Part shown: piece by piece, positions 42,280-55,650 of the stretch
How the letters are laid out: every line of letters starts with the position of its first letter
Position numbering within the stretch: position 1 is the stretch's first letter
DNA from: the human T2T-CHM13v2.0 reference genome, Homo sapiens
DNA length: 64,000 nucleotides
Reading direction: 5' to 3' (one strand)
Assembly: GCF_009914755.1 (NCBI RefSeq)
Contig: NC_060944.1
The notes under the pieces: generated by a model
The model's input: the letters and a program-made list of their open reading frames with translations, nothing else
Databases searched by the model: none
What the model was told of the DNA's origin: nothing
Position numbers and translations under genes: made by a program

Positions 42280-42950
42280 CCCTGGGGTCGGTACCCCCAG
42301 CCTCCAACCCAGAGCTGGCAGCGCTCGCCCCCTTCTCCGCGCGGGCCCTCAGCTCAGCTCCCTCTTCGCTCCCCGTGTCCCCGCGAGCGGGAGGGAGGGG
42401 ATGCTAGGACGCCCTGTCGGCGTCGTCGCCGCTTTCCGCCATTGTTTAGTCGTGATGCTCTCATTTTCTCTGAATCAACAATTTTCTGCTCGGCTCCGCG
42501 CCGACCGGCGAACGCGGGGCTTTTCCTCGCCCGCCTGATGACAGCAGAGCGGCGCGGAGCAGCTGGTCCGGAAGGAAGCGCCAGGCGCCTGCCCGGTCCC
42601 AGGCGTCCGCTGCCGCCCACCCACACCAGACCCCGCCCCCGCGCGTCAAGCCCCGCCCATCCATACCAAGTCCCGCCCCCACACCCTCACCCACACACCA
42701 GGCCGTCCCCACCCCGCCCCCAGAGCCCCGGGGCGCCCCGCCCGCTAGCCGCGCACGCGCAGTGAGCACGGCGACCCCCGGTGGTCGGGTGTCTCCGCAG
42801 GCCGAACACGCTGCTCGCCCAGCTGCGGATCATTACCGCCCTTTTGTTCTCCGTCGCGCGCTCGCCCCACGCTAGGAATGCAAACTGTAGGCGCCGCCAG
42901 CCCCCCTTTCCTGTTTCCCTGGGTGGGAGTGGGAAGGGAGTTTTAAACTG
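42280..42950. promoter_or_regulatory. Orphan intergenic CpG island with a GC-box cluster
   Basis: Very CpG-dense; CCCGCCC boxes at ~42632, 42652, 42672 and 42713; NRF1-like GCGCACGCGC at 42751-42760. Confidence 0.85.
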
Positions 42951-44016
42951 AATTGTGCTCAGACTCCCAGCCCAGTCTTCCCGGAGCCATCCGTTCCTTC
43001 ATCCAATGCGGACACCCATATCTAAGGTTCGGGCAGGATTTCCGGGGCACCCTCAAACCCAGCCCGTGGGATCCGGGAAGGCCTCCTGGAGGAGAGTCCA
43101 CGAGGCACGGAGCCGAGGATGGGGTTGGGGTTAGGTCTTGGAGGGCTTCGAATTTCCGGCAAAGGGTCTGGGATGGTTCTTGAGGACAGCAGGGATTTGC
43201 AGGGAGGCTGGGGGTGGAGGTGGGCAGAGGTCTTGCTCACATTTGTGTTCTACAAAGGTCCTTTTGGCTTTTGGGAGGCGGAGACTGAGACTGGAGTCCA
43301 GAGGACCAAGGAGGACGAGGTAACTGCCGTGGTCCAGGTGGGAGAAAATGTCGGTGAGGTCTTGGGGGATAGAACGCAAAAGAAGACTAGGGAGTAAAAT
43401 TTACAGAACCAGTGGCTAGTCAAGTTTAGGGGTGAGGGGGAAAATGAGGACACCCCCAAGATTCTGACTTCCGTGACCATATGGGCGGGGGGACGTCTCC
43501 TGAGAAACTGGGAAGGAATGAGGGTTGCTGGGCTGAGCAGATGAGGGAGACCTCGTTCTCCCACCCCCTTCCTAACCTTGTACTTTCCACACCTACGTAA
43601 GTAGGCCCTCGTTTCACACAGGCCTCTGTTCAGCGTCCCTTCCTCTGAGAGGCCTTTGCTGACCACCTTTTGTAAGACCCTCCCCATCCCCATACCCTAC
43701 CCACTGTTTCTTCACGGCACTGACCACCCAAAGTTGTATTTGGATTTGTCTATTGGTTTCTTTTCTGTCTCCCCCACAAAACTGTGAGCTCCTTGAGGAC
43801 AGGGGCTTTGCTCGGTTCTTTGCAGTATTTCCAGGACCTGGGACACCATTGCCTAGTCTCTGCCTAAAGAATGCATGAATGAATGAATGAGGCAGTGCAG
43901 GGTCCAGGCCTTGCTGGTTCATCACTGCATTCTGAGCTGAGCACTAAATAGCAATTTGCTCAATAAATGCATGAATGGATGGATAGTTGCTTCACAACCT
44001 AGTAGATAAAATCTAG

Positions 44017-44305
44017 GCCGGGTGTAGTGGCTCATGCCTATAATCCCAGCACTTTGGGAGGCCGAGGTGGGTGGATCACTTGAGGCCAGGGGTTCAAGAC
44101 CAGCCTGGCCAACATGGTGAAACCCTGTCTCTACTAAAAATACAAAAATTAGCCAGCCGTGGTGGTGCGCACCTTTAGTCCCAGCTACTTGGGAGGCTGA
44201 GGCAGGAGAATCACTTGAACCCAGGAGTCAGAGGTTGCAGTGAACCAAGATCACACCACTGCACTCCAGCCTGGGTGACAGAGTGAGACTCCGTCTCAAA
44301 ACGAA
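44017..44305 (+). mobile_element. Alu (AluS-like)
   Basis: Alu consensus. Confidence 0.9.
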
Positions 44306-47300
44306 ACAGCCTGGTAGGTAAAATCTAGAGTCATAATGTGAGGAGCAGTACCGTGAGATACCATCAGGATAATGGATTAATAATAGCCCATGTTTATTGA
44401 GCGCCTCCTTCACACCAGGGCTGTGTTGCCTGCTGCAGATGGGTTATCTCAGTTAGTCCTCATGTCATCCCTATGAAGTAAGGACTCTTGGTGGCTCCAT
44501 TTACACACATGAGGAAAATGAGGCCCAGAGAGGTTGAATGATATGCCCAAATTCACACAGCTAGTAAACGGCAGGGCCAGGATCTGAACCTAAGGTGGTT
44601 GCACTATTACCAAGTCACAGCACAGTACATGGATGCTATGGCTTGGTGGAAAGGGTCAAAAGCATCCCCACACCCAGTCCAAGGCTCCTCCTAACTTAGA
44701 TGATTTCTTCTCAAAGGGTCAGAGGCTCCATGTTGCCCCAGCCAGGCCCAGAACAGCAGCAGAGGTCTGGCTGAGTAGAGAGATGCTGATACTAAGTCTA
44801 CCTGGCCAGTCCTCGACTGTGGGACCAGCACTCCACTTCATGTGTGTGTTATAACATTCGATCTTCAGAGCAAACTTGGTGAGGCCCTCGCGGTAATCAT
44901 TCCCATTTTCCAGATGGAGAAAGTGAGGCGTAGTGAGGTAAACCAGCTTACCTAGGGCCACACAGCTATTGTGTGGGACAGCTGGTGTCCAAACCCAGGC
45001 AGGCTGATTCCAGATCCCACCTCTGTGCTTCCTTTAAGCTGACCACAGCAGGAGGCTGGATGAGGCCAGGCCAGCTCAGGCTGGCCATTCTCAGTGCCAG
45101 ATGGTGGCTGCCAGGCATGGCTGGAGCGGTGTTTACCCTGTGGCCATTCTGCCTCTGCCCATTGAGAGGGCAGCCCTCTCAATCATCATAAACCGAGGCT
45201 GAACCAAGATAGCAAATCCGCATCCTCCATCCCCTGTCACTGGACATCCTGTATTCAATCACCCACATATTCATTTCTTCTAATCTTTCTCTCTTGACTG
45301 TGATAAAGTCACTTTTATAGTGCTGAGAACGTGCAGTTCATTTGAATTAAGTCTGCTGGAGTAGATTAGTTTGTGTGGGAAAATCAGGGCTATAAAAGAA
45401 GGCATATTTCAATGGTTCTTTTAACTGATTATGCTCTAGGGTCTTATTGTAAGAATCTCATTTGGGGTGTGGGGTGTGTGTGTGTGAGAGAGAGAGAGAG
45501 AGAATTGCACACTCACTTCTAGAACCCTGGAGTGCTGAGGAAGACCACCTAGAAGCCTCCCTATAGGAAGGGTCTGGGCTTCCCTTAGAGAAATGATGAA
45601 GGGAACTCTGCTATTATCTCCATCAGGTGGTGGCTGCCCAACCTCTGGGGAATGGGGCAGATAATTCACTCTCATGTAGGAGGGCCCTAAAAGACTTGGG
45701 TGCAGCTGAAGATGATCAGCTCATGCCCAACAGAGTGCAATGGCAAAGAAAAGTGGACTGATTTGAATGCCTCCAGAGCCCCATCTGGGAGGAGAGGGTA
45801 GGCAGACATTGCCAATCTGAGGGTTATTATGCAGTTACTGTCTGCCTTTCCTGGGAGCTCTTTGAAGATAGTCCTGTTCATCACTGTCTGCCCAGTGCCT
45901 GACCCTTTGGAGGCCCTCAGTAAACATTTGGTGAATGAAAGGATGGAGAGAATGAGGAGAGCTGGCCATCAACACCAGCTGTCTACCTGGGCCAATAGAG
46001 AAGTTGCCCCTAGGAAGGGTAGACCCAGCAAAGGTCCAGGGCATCAGGGTTTCCAGACCCAGCAGCTCATGCTTGACATTCAAGCCTCAGAAGCAACTGT
46101 CTTCAAGGGACTATGTGAGTTTGGACAATGAGCATTTCAGCAGTGGCCAGTGGAAATGGAAGAAAAGAGGATTCTCCCCACATGACCTGCTCTGGATAAA
46201 CCCTTGTGACCTTTCTTCCACTGGCAGGGGTAGGGGTGTGGTGAAGAAGCTTCATTAGGACAAATTAATTTCCTTCTTGGCCAGGTGGATGGGGATTTAA
46301 AACTGACCCCATTTGATTCAAAGAAATAAGTGATGGGATGATTCTGGCTCCTAAAATTATGGGGTTAATTCAACTTATTTCAGGAGTATTAAATGGGGTT
46401 GTACAAGTGCCCCTGGTCCTAGGAGAACCTCTTTTAAGTTCCTCCACCTGTCAAGATGACTACTTTGTTACAAGAGCTAGAATCTACAAGAGGCCAGGTC
46501 TGCTAGGGCCTCCCAACTGATGGTACAACAGACAACCTGTGGCTGAAGGGAGAGACCTTCTAAAACAGCCAGCCTTGGCCAGAGCTGTCATGTCTAAGGA
46601 CAGCATGTCACTAGTTCCCCCAGGCCCCTCTGCCTCAGCACCCTCTCCTCTCCAGTTACCTCCTACTCTCTCCCTCCAGAGAGGAATTGCAGCATGGGGT
46701 GATTGATGGCTATCAGGTATGTGATTATGCATGTGTGTCCAAACCCACCTATGTGGGCATGCTCTGTGCGTTTGTATGTTTGCTCTCTGTATATGAGAAT
46801 ACGCGTGTACATGAACTTGCATGCTCTGTTAGGGATGTGCTTATGTGTGTGTGCACATAGAGTCTAGGTTCTGTGTATGTGTGTGCATGTGTCTCTGTGC
46901 ATGTATGGACTATCACATATAGTCACACTGTATGTGTGACTGTGTGACCACAGGATACAGGGCCCTTTGATGATAGAGGGAACTCCCCCACCACCTCCCC
47001 TGCACCCAGAGCAAGAGGGCTTGTGTTGGCAATGGACTGGCCTTCTGTAGGAAAAGTCCACCCACTGAGGGGCCTAGGTAGATCTAGTCACAGCCTCGCA
47101 TTAGCTGCTTCCCTGCCTCAGAATTCTCCTGGGTGGTCAAGCCACGGAGAAGCAAGTGGCTCCCATAGCAGGAAGAAACAGTGACAATCTCAGGTACCCT
47201 GTCTGAAGGGACAGTGTGGTCCTGGCCTGTGGTTGTTCAGGATTCTAGTGTATAGATGGGGTGGTAACTTCCAAGCCATCCACCACTTTTCTCTCCTCCA

Positions 47301-48855
47301 CCAATGCAGGGGTAACATCCATCAGGCAAGGTGCTGGCAGTTTTCATCCTGGCTCTAAGTCCTTAGGAAAGTCATGTCACCTCTCTGAGCCTTACTTTTC
47401 TCATGAGATAGAAAACCTCACAAGATTGTTAAGAATTACATAAAAATTAAATCCTGTGTAAAATGAGAAAATACCTTCTGACTAGCCACTTCCTGAGGGC
47501 ATGGGCATGTCAACTTATCTTCGTGTCCTCGTGCTTTGCCTGGGATCTGGTGTATGGCAAGCTCTCACCTCATATTTCTATAAACAATTTTGAAATATGT
47601 AAGCCTTTGCAGCTTCCCAACATAAATTCATTCACTCATTTATTAATTCAGTACACTTTTATGGAGCATCTACTATATGTTTGACACTATTTGGGGTATT
47701 GGGAATAGAGCTGTCAATAAAAGGGCTTACTTTCTAGTGCACATTAGCATACTAAAGGCTCTGAGAAGTCCAGCAGTACCAGGTTTCTGATAAACTTTGT
47801 TTAACCCAGCAGTCTCTGTGTTTAATTATGGAATTCCCCACACCTCTTTCAACCTTTTTTTTGCTAATATGCAAATTTAATCCTGTTCCATTCCTCATTA
47901 CCTGTTACACTCCCAACTCTAAGCCCCTTCAGAAGGGCTATGGAATATAATAATTAAAACAACTACTCTGGAGCCAGACACCTGTGTGTGTGATCCTGGG
48001 TAAGCCTCAATTTATTCATGTGTAAAATGGTGATAATGGCTAGGATTAAGTGAGATAATGTTGCATCTCCAATGCTCAGCATTGTGCCTGGAATGTAGTA
48101 TAATTCATTTAAATAACACCTATCACTCCAGGTCTCCTCAACACCTATGAGGTAAGGCCAATTGTCCTACATGATACCCAATGCCCTAATTGCCTCCCCA
48201 GAGTTATCTGAAATCATTCTCCTCCAACTCTCTTTTATGAGCTGGTCATTCGGAACCACTTGCCAGTTCCCATGGCTCTCAAACAGCCGCCTGTTGTTTC
48301 ATACCTTTGCTCTCATGTTGCTTCCTCTTCTTAAAATTTTCTTCTCAGTCTTTCCTACCTGGAGAACATACATTACATTCATCTCCCGAGTCATCCCCTA
48401 ATCACCTCCTCCATTAAACACGTACTCACTGCCTGATCCTTCAGCCCCAACTGATCCACCAGCCAACTGTATTTGCATGAGTTATCCAGGCAAGACCAGT
48501 AGAGGAATCACCCAGTTCATCTACAGAATCATGAGAAAATAATATGTCATTATTGTTTTAAGCCTTTAAGTTTTGGAGGTAGTTTGGTATGCAGCAATAG
48601 ACAACTAATGCAAGCTCCTTGAGGCCAATAATAACTAACTTCAACTCATCTTCATCTCGCACCTTGTCATTCAGAGGAGTACATGGGGACCCCTAGGACC
48701 ATTGGTGAAGCCAGGAGAGAGTGAATGCCCTTGGTTGTCTCCATTCCAGACTAGAGGGGGGATAAATGAGGGACCTCCACTAAAACATCAGTGGAAGGAC
48801 CCTAGGAAGAATGAACTGTCTAGAGAACAGACCAACAGATCCTCAGCGGACACTG

Positions 48856-48876
48856 TGAGCTGTCCAGGGTCCTGAG
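48856..48876 (-). promoter_or_regulatory. Weaker RE1-like element
   Basis: Reverse complement CTCAGGACCCTGGACAGCTCA; 15/21, canonical spacing, one core mismatch. Confidence 0.5.
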
Positions 48877-49929
48877 TATTCTGTTCTAGGGGAACACAGT
48901 GCCATGCTCTGATCTGCCCACTCCTGTGCCAGGGTCACCCTACTCAAGACCCGCCCTAGTGATTGTTATGCTGACATCTGAGAGAACCAGCCTTATAGTG
49001 GGAATAGAGGATTTGACATCTGCTCAAATGGAATTGAAGTTGATTCTTACACCTTCACCCTTCCTTCTCCCTTCCACCCTCCCTCTCAGGAACGATTTGA
49101 CCATTATAATAAAAATCCAGCTTTATGTAAATACCCTATCCTCCAAGTAATAAATGCCATTAGCTGAGCCTGACTGAGCAATCGCATGCTTTTAAACATC
49201 CATTTGAAGATCTTTGAAAGCTCTCTCGAGGCTCTTGCTCATAATTCACTAAGTGGGAGTTGGTAATAACTGTGTTAAATGGCCAGGCCCTGCAATTCGC
49301 AGGAGGTGTGTCTGTTTGTGTGTTGGTGGTGGTAGTGGCAGGGGGTGCTGGGAAGAGGATGCCCTTCCTTCCATGCTGATCGGTTACTTATTTTTAAGAG
49401 TCCCACTGGGGGCTCACAGTCCTTTGATGAGCTACTAATGAAAGAGCCAGATCTAACAATTAATTTCCCCAGAGTTATTATTTATTGTTTTGGCAACATT
49501 TCTCTGAAAAGCCTTAATACTCACCTGGCTTCCTGATGGTTGAGGAGAACCATGGGTTGAGAAGAGAAATTAGTTTTACCTGTTTATTCAACAATCATGA
49601 ATTGAGCACCTGTGTGTGCCAGGCACTGCACTGGAGCAAGATACACCCCTGCCTTCAGAGAGTCCCCAGTTTGGTGGGGGGCAAGATAGGGAAGGGAGCA
49701 GGCATAACAATACAGTCTAATACCTATGATAGAGGGGACAATGTAGGGGGCTGTGGGAGCCAGGGGTGGCACATAGCCAAGATTGAAGGAGTCAGGGAAG
49801 GCTACAAGAGGAAGAGTCCTTAATGATGACCTAGAGCTAACAAGATAAATAAAAAATAGGGAAAGGAAATACTGTGAGAAGAAGGACCAGTATCTTCAAA
49901 GACTCTTAGAAGAGAAAGAGCATCCATAA

Positions 49930-50590
49930 AATTCTGGTGAGATAGTGTAGTACTGAGAACTTTGTCACTGCTGGTGGGAGTGTAAATTTGTATAGCCATT
50001 TGGGTAAACAGTTGGACGCTATGTAGTAAATTTGGAGATATGCAAGCCCTTCAACCCAGCAATTCCATTTATGTCTAGAGATACTTCTGTATGTATACAA
50101 CATTAGGAGACATATACATAATAATCAGAGCAGCATGGTCTGTAATAGGCAATGACTGGAAACAACCAAAAACCTATCAAAGGCAGAATGAGTAATTGTG
50201 GTGTAATCATACAACAGAATACTATACAGTAGTGAAAATGAATGAACCACAGTACACTTCACAACATGGATAATTTTTATATTGACACAAATACATACAA
50301 CATGACTTCATTTATATTAAATTCAAAGCAGATAAAGCTGAAATATTGTCCTGGGATATTTACTAAGGTGGTAGATATATAAAAGAAAGCAACAAAATGG
50401 TTGACCATAGTGTTTTATTTCAGGGGGAGGAAGGGACATGATTGGGGTGGATCACATGGGGAGTCTCAGGCGACATATATGTCTTGATTTGAGTGGTGCT
50501 CACATAGATGTTTAGAATTTTTAAATAAATTGTGCACATTTATATCTTTTATATGTTTCTAAGCTTGTGATATATTTCAATATTTTTGTT
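49930..50590 (+). mobile_element. Old L1M fragment
   Basis: ctgctggtgggagtgtaaatt...acccagcaattcca...ggaaacaacc. Confidence 0.65.
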
Positions 50591-50839
50591 AAAAGAGGCA
50601 AAAAAGCATCATTGTAGCCTGAGTCACTGGGTCCTTCTCTGAACATAACTGTGAGAAGCCTGGCACACCAATGGGAGGGCTGAGGGTGGCTCTCAGGGGA
50701 CCCTCTGGTGCCAGCATCCTTCTTGGCTGTGTTTCTGTGTGGTGAATAGGCAACCCCACAATGGCAGTACCAAGGGCCACATAGGATCTGAAGTTCTTTT
50801 GGATGCTTCTTAGATCATCTCCATGAGATATGGCATGGC

Positions 50840-51500
50840 TTTGTCATCCAGAAGACCACCAGATGGCTAAACAGTAAAAAAGAGCTTTATAGGTAATATC
50901 AGTTTGTAAGCTGGGAAGAGAAAGTCTCCAGCATGGATTAAAGGTGCTCTCTCTTTGAAGAGAGAAAGGACAGGTTGGATTTTCTGCCTCACAGCGTCCA
51001 TGTTACACAATAGAGTCATACATAGTCAGCAGGTTTAGGGGAAAAGGTATATACATTCATGAGGGGAGCTGAGCACATCCACGCACACTAGGTAAATATG
51101 TATGTAACATACATCCCATGTTCACTTTGGGGTGGGGTTTTAGCATTAAAATGAGGTAGAATTTGGCTCTTTATATCAAAAGGTGAACTATAGGACAGAA
51201 AGATAGTTTGCACACAGCCTCTATAAGCTAGCTGAAAATGGCTTAAGGTCTGCAATTGCTTATGATAAAAGAATGCAAGCTCAGTCCTCTGTCTAGTCAG
51301 AGCTGTAGTGGTCTGGGTTGTAAATCAGAGCTAGGAGGGGTCTGATAGCTCCTATTGTTAGGGAGCTTAGAGCTATAGGAATTTAGAAATGTGCCAGGCC
51401 AGTCAGGACCTGAACCCTTAACCAATAGGTAACTTTGTTTCCTTAACGTTTGGGTTCATCTTAGTTGATAAAGGGGCATCTATTTTGGCCTCTCAGATCT
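50840..51500 (-). mobile_element. ERV1 (MER4-group-like) solo LTR
   Basis: catcccatgttcactttggggtgg and catcttagttgataaagg motifs; about 650 bp; subfamily not determined. Confidence 0.6.
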
Positions 51501-52060
51501 CTCCTTAGTTTCCAGAGGACCCCACATGGGCCTGGGTGTGAGTTTCACAGGGTAAAATGGAGTCAGGTGATGCTCTGGGAGAACCTGAGAAGAGAGACAG
51601 CATTGCTTTGTCTTTCCACTTGCAAGTCCCCAGGATGGGTTAGGATTGTAAGGTGCTATCTGGCCCCAAAATCCAACTTCAGGGCAGGGTCTCTCCTAGA
51701 TGGACTCTGCAGTGGGCACACTAGAATGAACATTGCCATGAGGATCTTGCCTGGTTCCAGGTGACTCTGAATCTTTAACATAAATGGACCTTGATCCCAA
51801 TCTGGGGAAGAAGATGGGTGTTCCCAGGTTGTAGCAGCTGGGAAGGATCTCAGTGGTCTCTTGTATCCAGCCCTTAGGACTTTTTGGCTTTTGATTAGCT
51901 CTCAAGCCAACTTTATAGTTGTTCATTTATAAGAGTAATATATTCTTTCAGAACAATTATACAATGTGGAAATGAATATAGAAAGTATTATGGTTTCCCT
52001 TATAATCTCATGTTGCAAACAAACAAACAAAATAAACAAACAAACAAAAAACAATATTAA

Positions 52061-52330
52061 GGCCGAGCTTGGTGGCTCATTCCTGTAATCCTAGTACTTT
52101 GGGAGGCCGAGGTGGGAGGACTGCTTGAGCCCAGGAGTTTAAAGCCAGCCTGGGCAACATAGAGAGACCTGGTCTCTAAGAAGAATAGAAAAATTAGCCA
52201 GATGTGGTGGCGTGCACCTGCAGTCCCAGCTACTGGGAGGCTGAGGTGGGAGGATCGTTTGAGCCCAGGAGGTTGAGGTTGCAGTAAGCCATCACACACA
52301 AAAAGTAAATAAAAATAAGAAAAGAAAAGA
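52061..52330 (+). mobile_element. Alu (AluJ-like, 3' part deleted)
   Basis: Alu consensus. Confidence 0.85.
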
Positions 52331-54185
52331 AATCAATATTAATAGTCTGGCATATTTTCTTCCACACATTATTCCAAGCTCATACACATATGTACAAACA
52401 CAGTCTGGAGCTCATACACATATATACAAAAACAGTCTGGAGCTTTCTTCTTTTTTGTTTCGAAAAATGGGATCATGCTACGCTCATTACTCTGTGATTT
52501 GACATTTCACATTATAATAGATCATGGATATCATTCAAGATCAGCCCTTCCAGATCTAATAGACTTTTTTTTTTCAATAGCTGTATAATATTCCCCAGTT
52601 TGGATGTAGCAGAATTTACTCAACCTGTCCGCTGTTGATAGACTTTTAAGTAATTTCCATTTTTTGCCACTACAAATAATGTTCAGGAAACATCCATTGC
52701 TTATATCTACATGTCCTAATGCATTTCTTTGTGTAGGATAAATCCCCAAAGCTAAACTGTGAGTGAAAGAATGCACTTTTCTATTTTAACAAGTCCTGAC
52801 AGATTACTTTCTCAAGATGTTGTAGTCTTTCACACTTCCACCAATGACATAGGACATTCTCATTTCTCTACACCCTACACTGGCTGCTATCAACTCACAA
52901 CGTTCTCTTCCCTCAATATGATGAGCAGATGAGCAAAGCAGAAAAACAGCAGAAATAAAAACAACACCAAAACTTATTTTATTCTATTTGCACTTATCTG
53001 ATTACTATTAAGGTTGGTTATTTTCTCAAATGTTTGTTCATTGTTTGTATTTTCTTCTCCAAGAAATGCTTATTCATATCACTTATCCATCTTTGTATCA
53101 GGTGGTTTCCCTTTTTATTACTGATTTGCTGAAGATCTTTGCATATTAAGTGATTAAGTGTGTCTCTTGCATGATCCTTCATTTATAAAGATAGAAAATG
53201 ATAAATGATAACAGAGGGGAAGTGAGTTGTCCAAGGATATGAGAATGCAAGTGTCAGTGCTAGACAGGGTCATGCCTCTAGATTCCCTGCCCAGGGTTTA
53301 ATCCCTGGCCCGCTCCATAGCTCAGACCCTTGTGGACAACTTTCTGGGAATTACCAGAACACATTTTCTCAGAGTATGAGCTAAAGACTTCCTTCATCAG
53401 AATTATCTGGTGCTTCATTAAAATTCAGATTCTGGGACCACATCCCAAACCTATTTATTGAGTCAGAATCTCTAGAAGTGGGGCCAAGGAATCTAGATTT
53501 TAAGAGAGCTTTTTAGATTGTCCTTGTATCCACCAAAATTAGAGAACAATTACCCCAGAAACTCAAAGTCCTTGCAGAGGCACTGAGTGGGAAGAGAGGG
53601 GTAGGAAAGCTAATGGGAACATTGTGTAGCGACTCCCACCACCACCACCACCATCACCACCAGCTGAAGAAAGAGCCCTCAAGGTTGAAGCATCAAAACA
53701 GAGCTATCACTGGGGACCTTTTGGCCTAATTCTGCCCTTAAGCCACAATCAAGCCTTTGTGGCAGTAGGGGTGAATGTAATATATCACTTTCTTATCGGT
53801 ATAAAGGTATAAATGTCAATTTCTCCTCCTTTTTGTGAAGATTTGACAAAGCACTTAGAGCGACACCCATTTTAATCAACAAAGCAGCCAGAAAGATCAC
53901 AGGGCATCAAGTGTGCCATATCCTATCTGAGCTTTGGGTGGATTTGAAAATTGCACTTTTAATTAAAATTGGCATTTCCGCAGCTCAGATTGGAGCTCGC
54001 CGTTTTGCTAGGGAATTGCAAACTGCGAGGCAAACAATCTGAGAGGGAGGTTTAAGAATACGAAGAGGAAGGCTTGTGTATGAACAGGAGGCGCTTGTTT
54101 AAATAATGAAGCGGAGAAAAGATAATGTAAAAATGCCTTTGTCTATGTTTAGTTAGGTTTCCTCAGAGACCCGGGTAATTGCGGC

Positions 54186-54206
54186 TGAGCTGTCCGAGGT
54201 GCTGAC
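54186..54206 (-). promoter_or_regulatory. REST/NRSF RE1 element
   Basis: Reverse complement GTCAGCACCTCGGACAGCTCA; 17/21, with both half-sites (TCAGCACC, GGACAG) and the 2-nt spacer intact. Confidence 0.8.
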
Positions 54207-55329
54207 GGCTGGGCGAGAGGAGCGGTTGAATGTATGCACAACGCCCAGAGGTAAATGCCTGGTCCACAGTTCTCAGCCCAATCAAGTTTGCCCTGCTTTA
54301 TGGGTTTCTTCTTGGCCAATGACAAACAAACTTCCAGGCAGGTGATTAGTAACTTTTGTGGATTGAACGAATGAATGATTGCTGACCACCTACTATGTAT
54401 AGTATATGGTGCTCTGAAAAATGGGAAAAATGTCAACCGAAATTGTTGGATCCTTTTCTTGTGATGTTGCAGTCAACCTCACAATTGATCTTGTTGTGAG
54501 ATTTCAGGATTTTGTGAACCAGAAAAATTGCAAGCCATCAAGGACAATGCCAAGCGAAGACATTTAAGAGTAACAACTATCACCTGTTCTCTCCAATGCT
54601 TGAATAAAACAAAAGGCATTTTAAAACTTAATAAGTAGGAAAGCCATAATCTCAGAATAAGGAACAGTTATTTAGAATGGTTTTGTAAAAACTTCCTTGT
54701 TTGCCCTTTTTTCTAATTTCATTGAGAAACACAGGAAACATCACCATGCATTGTCATCAGCTTCAAAACTGGCATTTGGGAGTCATTGATCTGGGTCCTC
54801 AGGAAAGAAATAGAATCTCTCAAAAACATGTTAATCAGAGGCGCTCTGACTTCTGGCTGCACATCTGATCTCCAGGGTTAGCCTGTTTTACAGTTTTATT
54901 AGAAAGTTCTTTCCATAGTTACAGTGCCTTAAATATGTGTGGGAGAGGGTCTGGGGGGTAGGCGGATGGATTAAAATTGACACTTGTTGAGAACCCACTG
55001 TGTGCAAAAACTTAAACTGTCTTAAGATGCTACACTTACCTTATCACACATAATCTGGTTTTTGCCCTCATTTGTTAGATAGGCATCATTAATAACCCAA
55101 TTTAAGGATGGGAAAGTTGTTACACATCAGAATTTAATTTATAATAAAAGAACTTTCAAAGATCAACTTAGAAGGGAACAATTTGTCAATAATGGTATAA
55201 AGATAATTGATGAGAAAAAATTATTTTGACCTTCACACCAGAGCAGTCATTAAATACATTCCAACTGAATTAAATGCCTAGGTGTAAATAATATAAACAT
55301 ATAACATATTTTTGTGCTTCTTTTTTTTC

Positions 55330-55650
55330 TTTGTTTCTTTTTTTTAAAAAAGGGATACATTTGCAGAACGTGCAGATTGGTTACATAGGTATACATGTGC
55401 CATGATGGTTTGCTGCACCTACTGACCTGTCCTCTAAGTTCCCTCCCCTCACCCCCCACCACCCAACAGGCCCTGGTGTTTGTTGTTCCCCTCTCTGTGT
55501 TTGTGTGTTCTCAATATTCAACTTCCACTTATGAGTGAGAACATGCAGTGTTTGGTTTTCTGTTCCTGTGTTAGTTTGCTGAGGATGATGGCTTCCAGCT
55601 TCATCCATGTCCCTACAAAGGATATGATCTCATTCCTTTTTATGGCTGCA
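55330..55650 (-). mobile_element. L1PA 3' end fragment
   Basis: ttgcagaacgtgcag...ccacttatgagtgagaacatgcagtgtttggttttctg...tttatggctgca. Confidence 0.88.

Noticed and set aside
42452-42538. Possible C/D box snoRNA (GTGATG...CTGA)
   Set aside because: Imperfect C box, no terminal stem and no host intron
42123-42769. Overlapping Pro/Arg/Ala-rich ORFs in the CpG island
   Set aside because: Expected from GC-rich, stop-poor sequence
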